NCBI GenBank assembly: GCA_000708835.1
Contig: DF237033.1
Span: 1 to 64,000 of the forward strand
From: Klebsormidium nitens
Lineage: Eukaryota > Plantae > Klebsormidiophyceae
DNA length: 64,000 bases
Direction of reading: 5' to 3'
In this document: piece by piece, positions 25,300-39,787 of the stretch
Layout: each line of letters starts with the position of its first letter
Position numbering within the stretch: the first letter of the stretch is position 1
Notes under the pieces: generated by a model
Told to the model about the DNA's origin: nothing
The model's database searches: none
What the model saw: only the letters and a program-made list of their open reading frames with translations
Translations under genes and position numbers: made by a program

Positions 25300-28200
25300 G
25301 AAGAAGATGACGTCTCGAGGTGGCAAATAGGAGGAAGGGCGATAGGAACAGCTTGCTCAACTTAGATGAAAGGCACCTGCAATGAAGGGAGCGGCCATTT
25401 GAACACATCTGCAGTTGGGCTGTTTGAGGAAAACTGATAAGGAGTCTAGAGACCTGGCAGGATTGATCTAAGATTCTGCGGGGGCGGACCCTGGTATGCA
25501 AGCGTCAAAGTTGCACCTTTTCCTTGGGGTGCGCTTCGCTTGATCTTGATTGTTGAGCAAATAACTTAAGGTTAGGCTGGCAAGCCTTGGAGACGACGAA
25601 CGTAATGACTCATTTGTGGCCCTTCGAAATTCACAACCTCGAACTAACAAACACTTCGAGATCCGCAAACATTCGTTGAGACGATGAATGCCAGTTATGG
25701 GAAAGAATACGGAACTTCTTAGATGGACATCGGATTCGCCGATACTACCCCGAAGCGTGGAAAAATGCCGACCATGATGGCTGCAGCAAAGTCGGTGGAC
25801 GTATACTCAAACCCCACAGAAGGGCAGAGCAGGTGAACGGTCGTTCGAGAAACCGATTACGGCCACGGTGGCTTTTCGGGTTTTGGCAAAGTGCCAGGCA
25901 GTCAAAATGTGCATAATCGACTGCTACGGTCTTGACCAAGCTCGAACGGCTCAGAAGTGTTTGCAAAATCCGATGAGCATCTTGCTCAACCATTTGCAAC
26001 TCATCGACGCCGGGCTTGGAGCACGAAGAAAATGGACAAGCAAGATGGTTCCAACGTGAGTAAGGTACGAACACCGGGTTTGTTGGCATCAAAGAGACCA
26101 ACCGGCGGGTGGGCGTCGCCCAAACCCTGCTGACCTATTGTTGCCGGGAAGGTTTGACGGCCCAAGTACGACATTGCAAATCTGATGGTCCCCTCTTTGA
26201 CGGACCAGAACAAAGTAGCGAGAGTAGAGAACGCAAGGACGCAGAATAGCCTCATTGCCAAGCATGCAAATGCTACATTAAAAGGCCGACTCAAAAACGC
26301 GTCCATTTGAAGCGGGGGACCTTAGTCCTGGGCAAACGACGAAACAGCAAGTGGTCGAAATGAGAAGCACCTCTAGAATGAAAGGCGGCAGGCGACACTG
26401 AGAATTTAAGCATCATGAACGCACCAATGCACCGTTTAGAATTCATGGAGGATAAAGGCCGGCGGAGTATCGAGCGCGTACAGTGCCTCAAAAGTAATTC
26501 AAAAAGGAAAAGCGGGCGCATTGAGATCGTCACTTTGAGCAAGCGGAATATCGAACAATTGGTGGCTTAAGCTGCAAGTCCCCAAATGGCCAATCCAGCC
26601 AGCTTCTTTTCGTCATAGCCACGACATAGTATGCTTTTGTACCTCTGGAAACGACTTGCAAGACCACTAGGCTTACAAATACTTCAATAAAACAGTCCAA
26701 AGCGAGACCTGAAGCATGTACCAGGCAGCTTTTGCTGAGCCGGTGCGCCAACAGCGCTTTTGCTTTAACAATTCAACGAATCCAAGGTGACAGATAGTGG
26801 AAAAAGCGTATTGTCCTTTGTCACATGCACAAAGTCTCTATTAAGGATATGGCCAGCCGTAAATGGATCTCGTGTGTGGGATGAGTCTACAAGTCGTGTT
26901 CAAGAGCATAAAGCTTGGCAAAAACAACACACAAGTAAGTCTGGGAGGAGCGAATGTTGCGTGGCCTTCTCTCTACGACGCCTCAAGCCTGGAAGCTGAT
27001 CTCAAGCAAAAGCTGTCCAAACGATTAGCGATTACTCAAAGTCAATTGCGAAGAGAAACGCATTGAGAAGTAATCAAAGTGCTCACCCCGGCCTTCAATA
27101 ACGTTGCCTCCAAAACCAAAACGTTGCATGCACATTGCATGGTAAATGGAGGTGGTCCAAGGGAAGTGGCTCTAATTTTTCCAGAATAAAAAAGCCTCGG
27201 AGCACATTTCAAGCATGGGCTGGCAAAACGATCGACGGCGTCAGACTTGACGTCAACAGACAGTGGGCGTTCGACGTCCACTTGTGACTCATCAATGCCA
27301 AGAAAAAATAACCAAAGCGCCACCAACCGAAAATCCATTCTGGAAAAGATGCTCAAGAAACAAGCTTTCTAATCTAAGTTTTTTAAAGTGACGGCCGTCC
27401 AGACGAGGACCGAGAGAGGACGAAGCAAAGCGCGATCCGAGCCTGAATATGTTGAAGCAATGAACAGTAGCTGATTAAGATGTTCAAACCCCTGGGCCTG
27501 TCTCTGATGCGGAAGGCTTCGAATTGCAAGTAGAGCTGTGGCTTTCAAAGCCACTGTCGGGTTACAAAAGCCTCCAGACGACGAGACTAGAAAAAACATC
27601 AGAAACTGGTTCTAGACAGCAGACTGTAGTGCTTCGAATCTCAGGCAATCTCTGCAAAGGACTACGGTTTCAATCTACAATCCGCAGAAACCGGAGATAG
27701 CATCAGGAGTGCAAAGCGTAACAGTTTTGGAAACTTCCCAATCGCGCATATCATTGCTTATTGACGATCGCGGCGGCTCTCGCAAATGTCGACGCAAAAG
27801 CCTCAGAGCACTAGCTGGACTGGTGCTAAGAAGATACAGAGTATTGGCGTCTGCAGCCACAGATTTAAGCTCCCATGGGTCTGTCCAACCCAAGTTCGAC
27901 TCGTCATCGCCCCAAGCACCACTTGCTAGAGCTCTACCTCGAAACGGTGGGTAAGATCTTGAAAGGGGGGACTGGAAAGTTCAAAGTTGTCGCTTTGCAC
28001 ACTCTAAAAAAAAGCGGATGCTGCCAAGCCAGCATCGTTCAAGGTTGGAGGCTGGTTGGAACAACCGGAAAACAATTGGAAACTTGATTGCAGAAGCTTA
28101 CGACACGGGAGTATACTCGGCAGCTTTTCTCGACGACATTTAGGATGGAACGAAACCCGGGATGGGACTCTTCAGAGTAAGCCGAGCTAGCAGAGACGGC

Positions 28201-28900
28201 GCTCTTTCAAAAAATTCCGTACACACTCGAGAAGAGAGCTCCGGTGGGCAGATTAGACAATTCTTTGAACAATCTAAGAGAAGGCTTTGACTCGGCAAAC
28301 TAAAGCCAGATCTCGTCACACAAGCCCAAACATCTGGAATCAAAGCTTGGATTCCGTACCTTCCAAGCGTCGGTGTTCTCGGCCTTTGAACCGGGGAACA
28401 CGGACGGAACTAGAACCGGATTTGAAGCCGGAGGGGATCGACGAGCTTGTTCTCTGTGAACTGCAACACGCGTGGAATTCAGCAACTCATTAGCATGCGC
28501 GCGATACCGTCTCTTACTTTACAGGGCCTCCGGCGAAACGAGAAACGTTTTCATTGGGGTGCGCCCAATAATCTGGTTCGTCGTTCCCTTCGAGTAATGG
28601 GGATTGCAGGCAAAGCTCGAGGTCAGTACAGCAAAGCGGGCTGTCGGAATCGTGATAACATTGGTGCCTTGCAAACATGCAGAAAGTCGGTAGCAAGAGC
28701 CGGCACACACTGCACTTTTTGGATGAGAACTGAGACCAATCTGTGATTGTGAAGGCGACAAGCTACTGCTTGGCCTTGAACTACAAAAATGACCAGAACA
28801 AAATATGAAGAAAACCTGCAGATTGTGAATCAAGAGGACAGGATCCTCGTAGGCTACAACAGTAGAAAAGAAATATGGCCAAACGCATCAGATCAAAGGC
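25300..28900 (-). mobile_element. Decayed CRE-like non-LTR retrotransposon
   Basis: LLRPLSV (~27420), TSLGPPPF (~27160), LLLRHC (~26490), ASHFDHLL (~26360), GQQGLG (~26130), in the CRE RT/thumb order. Confidence 0.5.
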
Positions 28901-30399
28901 GTCAGCCACATAGAGAAGAGGGAGGTTGGGCCATATGCCCATCCCGTTGCATCTTAACCTCCGACCAATGGTAGGACATCAAACACGTGACTCCGGAAGT
29001 CGGCGATTGATTTAGGCAGTGCCGCATCTATTTCTGGTACCAGCAAAAAGATTCGAGCTAAGCTGAACGAGCTACATAGATTGTTATGGACGGATGGATC
29101 GGTTAGCAAAGGAGTCCGGGACCTTGTGGAACCATCTGTGGATATGGGCGTCAAAACCTAAAAGCCACTAAGCTGCTCTCGCTCGTTTGAATGTTCCACA
29201 TCGCCTCTTTCAGTCGGCACTAGGATCCATCCTCCATCACGGCAAAATCTCTACCAAAAACCAGGAAGGGTTTTGCAACCGGCTTTATATAGCAAAGGCA
29301 GGGCATTGTTTGCCTCAAGGGCAAAACCTTCTACGAGTTGTAGTGCGGCAACCCTATCCCACGCCGAAAAGCACAATCAAAAAGGTTTCAAGACCACAGG
29401 CGACAAAGACGCCAATGGTAGCCGGCCCTATGGAGCCGCCACCTCAATCGGGCTAACTACAAATGTAGACAAGTTAGTTGAAATAGAAGTTACAACACGA
29501 AGTCCGCTACCAGAACAATGTTGCCTCCACAGATGCGTCAGCACAATGGCTGCAAGATGTGAGCGAACGAGGCACAAAGGAGAGCCGCCGTCTGCCGAGA
29601 GACATGAACCGCTCAGGGGAGCAGATCGCGGAGGCAATGTTTGGCTCCTGTCACAGGGGTAGGAGTTTTACATGGAAACAAGAAGGGGGCATCCGACAGC
29701 TCCAACTCAAGATGAAGGTGTCCCCTCACCTACGGTCGTCCTCGCCCCTTCAAAGGCAGACGCTTCGGTTACCTTTATCTAGTCAAAACAGACCCATACG
29801 CGAAGTACAAGCTCACAGCTTGCCCAAAGACTGTTATTTAAAGCCAGTACTACGTTCGTCGGTCAGCAAGGAAGCAAGGAACCAATCGGCAGGGACTATG
29901 TACAAGTCGCTTCGTTTGCCTGTGCAAAAAGAAACCGAGAAACGAGGACACGCACTCGAAAAACCACGAAACATTTTCTTCACACTGGTTTCAAGCAGTT
30001 TGAAGTGCATATGTAAGCAGAGGCCGCATAGGGCGTCAGAGCATTGACTTGAAGAAGCGTTCTAGGCCTCTAGAGGCCCATTCTATCACATCGTCGCCCT
30101 TGCACTTTTTGAGTGCAGACAAACTGATCAGGGTAGAATAATCAGTGCAGGAGACATGAGGGGACCAAACTGATTCATGGGCGTGTCCGGCCCACTACAG
30201 CGACGCATACATTTTAGGCTGGAGAGACGGACCCCACACACACAGATTGCGTGCTAGCTGATTTATTGACGGGGCATCAGGACAGGAAAGCAAAGTCGGC
30301 TCCGGAGCCATCAAACGTTTAGCTACAGGCCAACGATAGCAGAGGGAAAGAGGGGCTGAAGAGATTCTAGTCAACAGCTACAACAAGGCTCTTTTTGCA

Positions 30400-31900
30400 C
30401 AAAAAGATAAGCACCAGCGAGCGGAGATTGGAAGCGTCAAGAATCGGCTGACGTACGCTGCAACAGAACTAGCAAGATAGTAGCACCAAACCGAGGGGCT
30501 AGACGCAGCGGAGCTGTCATGTTCGGAGTGCTTGAATGGCATACATGCGCGGAGGTTGCAAACCTGGTATATGGCAGCGGCCTAGTCTCAAGAAGTTCCA
30601 AATGCTGCGTTTGCGAACGAATATCTATTGTCACGAGCGCATCAGGCTTGCACGAAGATTTGTCGGCTTTTCTGGCCCAATTGTGAGCTCTTCATCACGT
30701 CCCCACACGAAGTCAAAGACGCAAACTAAGCAAGACTGGCAGCCTCGAGACAAGCAACTGGGTTCGAGAAAGCCGTAACCAAGAGAACCTCAAAACGAAA
30801 GTAGCGAGCCGAAACGGATGACGAAAGAGGGTCAGTAACGCTTTTGAGCCGTATAAGCCTCTAGTGCAGGTGCAAGAATACCAATCGAGATGGACGGAGA
30901 GGGCTAATAAGCAACTGCAAGGCGGACCGGGAAAGGCTCCAACATGGTTGAACGCAACATGACAGGCCGGCGACCATGTTTGAGCTCGTTTGTTTCCAAG
31001 ACATGGAGACTTCCGTGAAGAGGTGCGAGGAATGTTAACAAGTTTGGGGACACAGGCGAGATAAAGGGACGCCTAGAAATACCCTTGGAAGACAGAAATG
31101 CGAGAAACGTCGGAGACAATTGCTTGGACGGATTTATACAGGATTCGTCGAGTAGGAAGCAGCATTTCGGTCTTCGATCTCGGAATGACGGACTTGGCCC
31201 GGACGATTTGCACAGAGATCCTCTTCATTTGATTGAACTCCGTTGCAGCTCTGTTTGTACATATATCATGGACACAGCATACCTGAAGCTTTATTTCGGA
31301 GGCATCAGCCTTGAGGAGACAATGATGACTGGGAGGTGCCCTTCCGACAGTGATCAAGCATCGTCGCCCAACTCGAGATGTTTGAATAACCCAAGTCAGC
31401 CCATCGACATAGTTAACTGAGCTTTATGTTCTTAACAATACTTCCCTCCAAGGGAGTGGTCCATCTCAGGCGAGTTGATCAACGGACCCAAGCGCTCTCG
31501 AAAGGAGCGGATCAAAGCAGAACTTTCGGTGACCTAGAGGGCCAATGGGAGTAATAAGTGCAGAAGTGGCGACTGTATGGACGTCAGAAGACAAAAGCCT
31601 GTGGCAGCCTTGAAGCTAAGCGCATGCACTTCACAGTAACCTCGGTGCCAAGCAACATGTACTCATGCGCCGCAACATTTACGAGGGTAACAGCAGAAAC
31701 ATAATTCGTACCAGGACAATTAGTGTGGCCGAACTGAGGCTGGCGAAAGAAGCGAGCCGCCGCAATGGGTAGCACCGATCGAATCGAGCATAAGGCGCCA
31801 GCTTTGCATGCAAAGCGCCGAACAGCGAGCTCCGAAGCGAGGAAAGTGACGGGTCGAGCAAACGGGCCGAAAAGAAGGCTATGCGAATGATGAACTACTG
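30400..31900 (-). mobile_element. Decayed RLE-type non-LTR element 3' fragment
   Basis: Weak: terminal ATILLVLLQR motif (~30460-30490) and an H...RH-like remnant (~30950-31000). Confidence 0.3.
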
Positions 31901-31999
31901 CCAGACCTGTTTGAATTGACGCTTCAATTAATTTGCATTAAAATAAGGTTTTGATGTGCCCTGACTATGGCCTTGACGATGGCCTCGACTGCCGAATGA

Positions 32000-34900
32000 T
32001 AAGCTCTGCGATCTCAACGCAGCACAGGCTCCTCATAAGCACATGCAGGAAGCTCTTCACTTTCCGATTAGATACTCGATGCGGACTGCAGGATTAATGC
32101 TAAGAATTTTTGAGGAGCGCCCCGGAGCGGGTCGTCAGACCACCAGAAACGGAGAATGAAAAGAAAATGCAAAACAACGAGCCAACATTTGAAATTTTGC
32201 AACCGAAGAAACATCCGGTACACTCAGAGAGGGGTCTGCAAGATGAGTAAACCAATGTGAAAAATCGTGCATGGAGACCTTATTGAGGAATAACGGACAG
32301 CACAACCCGTAGATCTATTGTTGACGAATATAGTGCTATTCTGAAAACGATTGACAGCAAAAGCAATTGAAAGTTGAAGGCGAAGGACGCGTCTCGCCTT
32401 CGAGGACTGCGCCTCGTTGCAGACCTTGACTCTCCACAATGGAGAAGCCGATGCGGGGCTAGAACGGAACGGAATTGTAGAGAGTCGCCTCGTCCATCCT
32501 GCAAAAGGAACGAATCGACTTGACGCACCCAGCTTTCGTCCATCGCCGCCCCTCGGATCACCAAAGGGAAAGTTATGATTGACATCAGTGTGCCGCCCAC
32601 CTCAGCGGATGACGAAGTTTTGGTTTCAACCTTTAAGCAAGTGGCATCCACCTCAGCCATTGACAAAGATTAAGCCTATAATGAGGTCTTGAGGGCTTCA
32701 ACTCCATCACACCAACGCTGGGCATTCCGCACCCAGGCTTTTTGTTGCATCGTCGCCTCAAACCGGTCAAGAGAGGAACTAATGTAGTCCACTCCGTTAA
32801 AAACCCTTAATCAGAAACACATGGAGTCCACTTGGCAAAGATCGTGCGTTTGATGAAGGGCTTCAGAGCGTTCCTTGCAAGAGAAGACCCTACGGGGTCC
32901 TTGCACCGAGATTGGGTTCAGCACGGCCCTGGAACGGTTCAACGGATGATGATTTGATTTCTCATGTCAGACGAAATGGTTTCAGCAACCAATTGCAAAC
33001 GTGCCCAGAATGGAAAGGTACTTTGGAAACAGGACTTAGAAACTGTATAACTAGATTGGAGCAAACTTCTCGTGGGGATGACGGAGGACATCAAATGCCA
33101 ACGGACTACCAAGATGCAAGTGTAGAGTAGTCTAGGTCGCCAATCTGCAATACAATCGCGCGTGCAGAAAACTGACGAAAGCCTCGAGAACACACATTTA
33201 TTTTGCTTTTCTCCGTCACACCAAAGACACGAGCGAGGAAGGGGTTAGTGCAAGGGCAGGAAGGGCATCGGAGCTAAGGAGTGAAGGGGTTCTTGAGCTT
33301 CGTGTGCCCGAAGTCGGCTCGTCTTCGCAAAAACCAACGAGCTTAACCAGCTACTCGTAGGCAGGGTAGATGATATTCAAAAGCCGATTCTTCCGTGATT
33401 CCAGTTGCCAGGGGGCATTAGACTTTCTTCAACACATCAATGGGATTTGATATGCCCACTCTGAACTCGTCACTGCCTTGCACTCGCCAAGATATCTAAA
33501 GCTTGCAGGCCAACGGATCCATGGAGCAGGACATCAAACGAGATTATCTATCACATAAGCCAACCCCAGTCAGAAGCCAACCTGTGTCGAGTAGGCCTGT
33601 GGTGCCACATTAGGCAGGGCCTAAATAGCATCAGCTTACTGATGTGCCAAGCAAGCCTTATGTAGACTTTGCAAAGCTGAAACGGAGTCTCGAGATACGA
33701 CCCAAATCATTTCGCGGACAAAAGCGTCATGCTGGCTTGAGCTGGACGACATCAGAGGAGCGCGAAATCAATTGCAGCTGAGACAAACGGAGTGAACAGA
33801 CGCAGCATCTCTTCAGGCCTGACGAACGGAGGATAGGGGATGGTAAAGAAGACAATTCACCACGCAATGCGCACGATGCGCAACAACCAGCGCAGACTGC
33901 CTGCTAGGATTACTTCGAGCATTTTCCTCCATTGCGGACAACTTCGCAGAGGAACAGATGCAAACGAATCAAGTGTATGATGCCCACAACGCTCAGAGTA
34001 AGGCAAGTAGAAGACGAGTCAAATAAGAACGACCCAGAGGATGGGACGAGTCCACCAGACGAAATAAGCAGCAAGATAGTCTTTGTTGTCGGACTTCAAT
34101 CGCCAGTGATCTCGTTGGTTGTGTTCGGAGATACAAAAGCACTGCTGTTTTCATAGGGAAATCACGGAAAGAGGAATCATAAAACGAGGTGCGGAAGCAC
34201 CCCTGAAGACCCAAGCAAACGGAAAACAAGCTGCCCCAGAGCCCAACCAGACTCGTAATTCACACAGAACAACCTGGTTCTCAAAAGGAACCGAAGAACG
34301 ATAGGAGGAGGAGGGAAACAAAAGGTTTGGGATTGGCAATTCTGGCAGAAAGCCCAACTGTTTAATGTTAGCCGCGCTTCTAAGAGCACTGCACAGGTCG
34401 CTTTTTGAACCCCCGAAAGATGCAAGGGGGTTTTAGTTCAGTGGAATGGCGTGTCGTCCGAGAACGTCGACTGCAGAATCCTCGACAGGCACAGACGGCC
34501 CTTTGTTGACCTCAGGAGCAAGACGGGGCAATCAATGTGTCAAGCTGCGAAGCTGGACAAATGAGTCGGCCCCCGATCCTGCCCAAACTCGGCCAAGAAC
34601 TTTTCTAGGTCTCAGAAGTATGCAATTTCCTATAGAGAAAGCGGAAAAGACGGTGCTGTGAATCGTGGTATTAAAGCCTCCTTTCCTTATCGGACGGTGG
34701 CAAAAACTGGCTCTGTCAATTCGTGACGTTCTCGTAAGGAACTCACATAAGGGCATCAAAGACGCAATACCAAGCGACGAGCAACTCTGAGCGTTTAAAC
34801 TCAACGCCCGTTGTCCTTGCCTCGGATCTCACATTCAAACGTTCAAGTACGACCGGAACGCTGATTGTTTGTTTGAAAATTGCTCCGAGATGCCGGCAGA

Positions 34901-35600
34901 ATCAGAGTCGATGCGGTCGCAACGTCCACAGAGCGGGACACTCGGCATGCTGCCATGAACATTTGGCATCGGACCATGATACTCTCAGATGGCCCCATTG
35001 GCCAGGGGAAATGCTCGTCTTTGCCTGTTCCGACCGGTCGATTAAGGCCTCAAAGAACTTCTCAAAAACAACACGTCATCAAAGCCAAGGACAAGAATTC
35101 AATAAAAGTCCGCCTTCAACACGACTTGATACATGGCAGGAGCGCCCAAGCGTGTCTGCAGCACTCAAAGAGGACTTTCAATGCCACAAACGAGAGCAGC
35201 ATGCATGCAGCAATCCTGATGCGATCGGTAAGACAAAACCATGCTTGTCAGCATCGTAGCAGACCTCCCGCAAATCGTTTATGTGGTTCACTGGTCACAC
35301 CGCGCTGGTGTGGCCTCAGAAAACGCCCAATCAAGGATTGGGCGCTGTGTACCAGGTTATGCACTGTCGTTGCTTCAGTAAGCAAGTTGTCTCAAATCGA
35401 TTATGCAGGACTGAGAAGTCCATCGGGACACTTTTGAAAACCAGATCATACGCAACAGAGACTGTTAAAGCAGAAGGAAAAAGGGACGAACCGGTTCCAC
35501 TACGAATTTGCCTTGCCATGATCGTCCAAGGAGCCTATGAGTGCAGATCCTGTGAACGATGTCGGTCCTTGAATCGACTATTTCGTTTCCTCTCTGAGCG
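32000..35600 (-). mobile_element. Decayed L1/Tx1-like LINE, same family as 7600-12700
   Basis: Direct nucleotide homology to the 7600-12700 element: 33517-33610 vs 10712-10805 (ccatggagcaggacatca...gagtaggcctgt), and gggcattccgcacccag at ~32720 vs ~9823. WVRNA motif; ITWYTAP (endonuclease YAP-like) at ~35345. Confidence 0.55.
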
Positions 35601-35828
35601 GTCTCTTTGGCGTCAGGATGTCACTCGGTAGCGAGTTTGTTAGCGACAAATGACAGTATGGCCTACCTTCCAGCTTGTTCCCGGCCCTTCGAAACCACCA
35701 ACAGGAACGGAAGGACACTGCCCAGATCAGCAGACGGAACCCCAACGGAACACCAACGGAATCCCGACGGAACGGCTTGGTCGATCGAACTTCTTCACAG
35801 CCTGCAGGGATAATGCACTCAGCCGATC

Positions 35829-35873
35829 AGAAACTTATCGTTGTTATCAATAGAAACTTATCGTTGTTATCAA
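35829..35873. repeat. Perfect 22-bp direct repeat (23-bp period)
   Basis: agaaacttatcgttgttatcaa appears twice in tandem. Confidence 0.9.
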
Positions 35874-36099
35874 GTGTCAAAGCTGTAGCGCTTTGACAGA
35901 TCGACGCTTCCTCATCCGGTGTGCGTTCGCAGTGCTCAATACCGTGAAAGCTGCTGGGAAGCCATCACCAACATAAGCGCGACACTGTATGAGAATCTCA
36001 AGAGGAAGTAGGGACATGTGAAGAGGCCACAAAACTTAACAGGAACGAACGGCGAAACGAAAACCGCAAAATGCTGAGTTGGAGAGCCGTTTTTAAACG

Positions 36100-39000
36100 G
36101 CACCAACGAAAAGACAACCAATTGCTCCCCATAACTGAGGAGTCTGTCGCAGCAGATATTGACAGGCGCTTTGGACGGCGGAACTAGGTCTGCAAGACCT
36201 TCATAGAGGGACGGAACTGGCTCTGGGCTGCATGCGCTCAGCTGGAGCTAATCATGGGCTTTGCTGAAAGTTCAAGTATGAGAAAGAAATGTCCAGGGAG
36301 AATCGGGTTCAGATCAGATTACATAAGGGAACAAAAGAAAGTTTGCTGAAATAATCAAGCCCAGGAAATTCGAGCAGTTCATGAAAGCTGACCGCCTCAA
36401 TCAGACCCTTGAAATCTTGCAATTTGATAGTTGACATATAGAGGCCAACTCAAAGGAAAGTCGGAGCCTACTTGGCATCTTTTCTGAGTTCTGAAGTGTT
36501 GTGGTGACTGGCGCCAATTTTTTGTTGCTACATCCAAGGACTTCCGGTAGGATTGCGAAACCATGGTGGCATACAAACGCTCACTAACAAGAGGTGAGCT
36601 CGTTGCTCGCTTCTAGTCGTCATTGCCAGAACGAGGTACTATTTCGAGCCACCTGGTCTGCTGAACCGAAAGGCGTCCTTCTTGTACCTCATTTACACTT
36701 GCAACCCTTCGGAGAGCAGCTGAATTTTACTGGGGGACCATTATAGGGCGTTGAAGATGACCTGGGCTTAATGGCCCCAGCTTGTTTGATCATACGTATC
36801 GCATTTCGCAGAAGAATGTTCAAACAAGCAGGAGAATGCATGGGCCGGAAGCAGGTTCGAGTCACATCACATGAACAAATGGAAAGACTCCTTATATCCA
36901 TTGGCCAAGAAGGAAACATGTGAGGCAGCCAATCGCCCCATTAAAACCTTTGAAAAAGGTGTGCATTTTGGACTATCAACAAGCGAAGGACAACTGAAGG
37001 GAAAATTATGGCCAAGTCAGGTATCTTCGTTGGAAAATCAGATCATCGTCATGATCGGCGCTAGACCTTTGTTGCTATATTCGAGGAGTTACCGGTACTA
37101 TCGAAAATCTTGGTGGCATCTGAATGCCCAACACACGTCTTGCGCTCTTTGCTCGCTTCAAGCTCTTCATTGCCAGAACGAAGTACTGCTTCAAACTGGG
37201 TCATCGAGTCTGCCACAGCTCCCATTCAAATCCTAAGATCCCCTTAGAGCAAGATCGTCAAAGAATGGGCATAACCAAAAGGACCTGATCAACCTACCAT
37301 TTTTTCAAGTGAAGTTGTAGGACGAGAAACACAATTGGCATCAGCGGTTGGACTTACACTTCTCTGGGCCTATCCAACCCAATCAAGTATGACATCATTG
37401 CCAATCATGAAGACTCTGGACAGCACAGCAACGTCGCTGAACACGCAAACTGGTCACCAGCATTTCTTTTTCACCAGGGGCATGAAATTGCGCAGTCAAG
37501 ATCTAAAAATGCATTTGTTGACACACCTCAATAAGATCTGATTGAACTGCGCCTGGCAGATGCTTCTACCTCATCAATGCGCCTGAATGAGCCCAGTACT
37601 TACCTATCTCAAGGGCATAGACGATTGAAAAGAACGCTGGAGGCTCGTTGGTGCCACTCAACCGGCAGACAACTTCGGACTCCGTGTCCGAATGACAAAG
37701 ATAGAACCCACGAAAGCTGGCGTGTGGAAAAGGAGTCAAAAAGGATGATTGCAGCGGTCTTCGATTTGATATTTCAAGTCTCATTTTGCCCTTTTACCCA
37801 ACAAATTTGCTGCAAGTGTGATCAGAGTTCTACCAGCAACGCTTACTCAAAAAGTTTTGTTCTTAACATAAACATCTGGCGAGGGTGATGTTGATGTTCA
37901 AATCTAAATGCTTCCACTATCAGTTGCAACATTAAAATAGCATTGGGACCAGTCAGATGTACCTAAAAGGAGACCGTGTGTTGGATTCTGCAAAGGGGCA
38001 GCCAAATCTCAATCACTTGATCCCTAAGATGTGGGATCATCTCTGTGATTTGAAAAAGGATACCACACGAAAGGCAAGCAATCAGTGCAAGGGCTAATGT
38101 CTGCAGTTCAGCGGCACTGTTTGGTCAACACCTTTCAGAAGTACAGAACTCCATTGACTTCAGCTCAGCAGGGCAGCTGTCACAACAGCTTGTCTTCTAA
38201 GGGAAGCGGATCCACATATTCAGGACACGGGTTTCAAAGTTCGTGAAATAGAGGTGGATTATCATATGGTAGGAAGGCGTCTCTTGAACCAAAGCTCAGT
38301 TGCACCTCATCTATAAGACGTCTGATCACTCAGAAAGCGAGGGTTCCCTGAGTGGTGCAATGTGCAGGGAAAGCTAACGCAGCGAATGCTGCCACGAGGT
38401 TCCCCTTCTAGGATTCCTAAAACACCGCTGCTGAAAAGACAATCCTTCGACGCCACCTCAATGCTCTGTGAACCTGATATACAACTAGGAATGCAGCGAT
38501 GAAAGTAGTTGTGACGAATGCAACCAATCGTGCCACGCTTCTACTCTAATCAACGGACGTTGAGACGAAAATTTGAACATACATGGATCAGAAGAGGCTT
38601 CGCTCATAGCGAACTCAGCAGATGCATCATACATAATCAGATGTCAAGCAGCTTGGACAAGAGACACACGCTGACCTTCGACGCAGAAAGCTAGATGGTT
38701 GCCAATTTGCTCATCTGATCTCCGTGGAACAGATATGGCAGTAACTCACGCGGTTTTACATCGCAAAAGGCTAACAACCAGCGGGATGCCCAGAAACAGA
38801 ACCAACTATGAAAAATTTGACAGACAATCGCATAATGCACGAATGTCTAGGGAATGACCGATCACATTTAGAAATGCATTGAAATGAGAGTCAATTCCGA
38901 AGACAAGCCAGCTTCTGACCAACCTGCGGATTGCAAGAACGAGCTTGCTGCCCCGTTCCCTTTGCCCCTCCCTTTTGCAGCTGCCCCGGTGGTTCCCTGG

Positions 39001-39640
39001 CCCAGATCTTTAACAGAAGGCACACAGCGCTTTAATTACTGAAATCCTTGAAGCCCTACAAACCGCCTGCTTTCGCTCTCCAGCTAGACGCAAAAACCCC
39101 TCGAAATTTCTGCAAGAAATGCTTTCGCTCCTAGATGGAGCTAGGCGGCCATTGGCTCGATTCTGTCAACAGCTTGGCTTGAGCTGCAGCCCTGCAGAGC
39201 TGTCTTTGTCAATGCGATGACATCATCATGCAGCTGGAGGGCAGAAGAAGGAGCAACTAGATCGACACAAACGTCCAAAGTTGGGCAATCCCTCTGCACT
39301 TGGCTAGCAATTTTATCGACGGTCCACAGCATTGCCGAGAGCATCGACGGATCGAGATGCTGCATTCTTTCTGCCAATCGGCTCTGCATATGCCCATCCA
39401 AGATTCCTTAGCATTTATTCCCGTTTTGAAGCGTCTACCGGGCAGAGTTGTGCGTTTATGGTGGCAATTCGGAGCGCTTGCCGCTGTCTCTATGACCAGA
39501 TTGGCTATGACCGGGCAATACCTGCCTCGACTGACTTTTCAACAAAATGTCAATTTGACAGCAGTGCATGCACATTGCACCCTGCACCTAGTCGACTAGC
39601 AGCAGAAGCCCCACTGCCAGCTGGCACCTGTTAAAAAAAT
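36100..39640 (-). pseudogene. Possible decayed or poorly conserved minus-strand gene with an OPR/RAP-type helical-repeat-like fragment
   Basis: ERMQHLDPSMLSAMLWTVDKI and LRNLGWAYA (39300-39410) resemble the OPR consensus. Several exon-like pieces have splice signals (e.g. donor near 37606), but there are stops and frameshifts and I could not build a coherent model. Confidence 0.25.
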
Positions 39641-39787
39641 TTCGGAGAGCTGAGAAGGTCGAAGCCTTCTTGAAGAGCTCCATTCCCAGTTCTCACAACA
39701 TCCAAGCTTCGTTCCACAGGCAGGAGAAGCGCCTTTGCCAATTCTTCAGGACAAGGTACAACCACTGAGCTTTCAGGCATCAACAAC

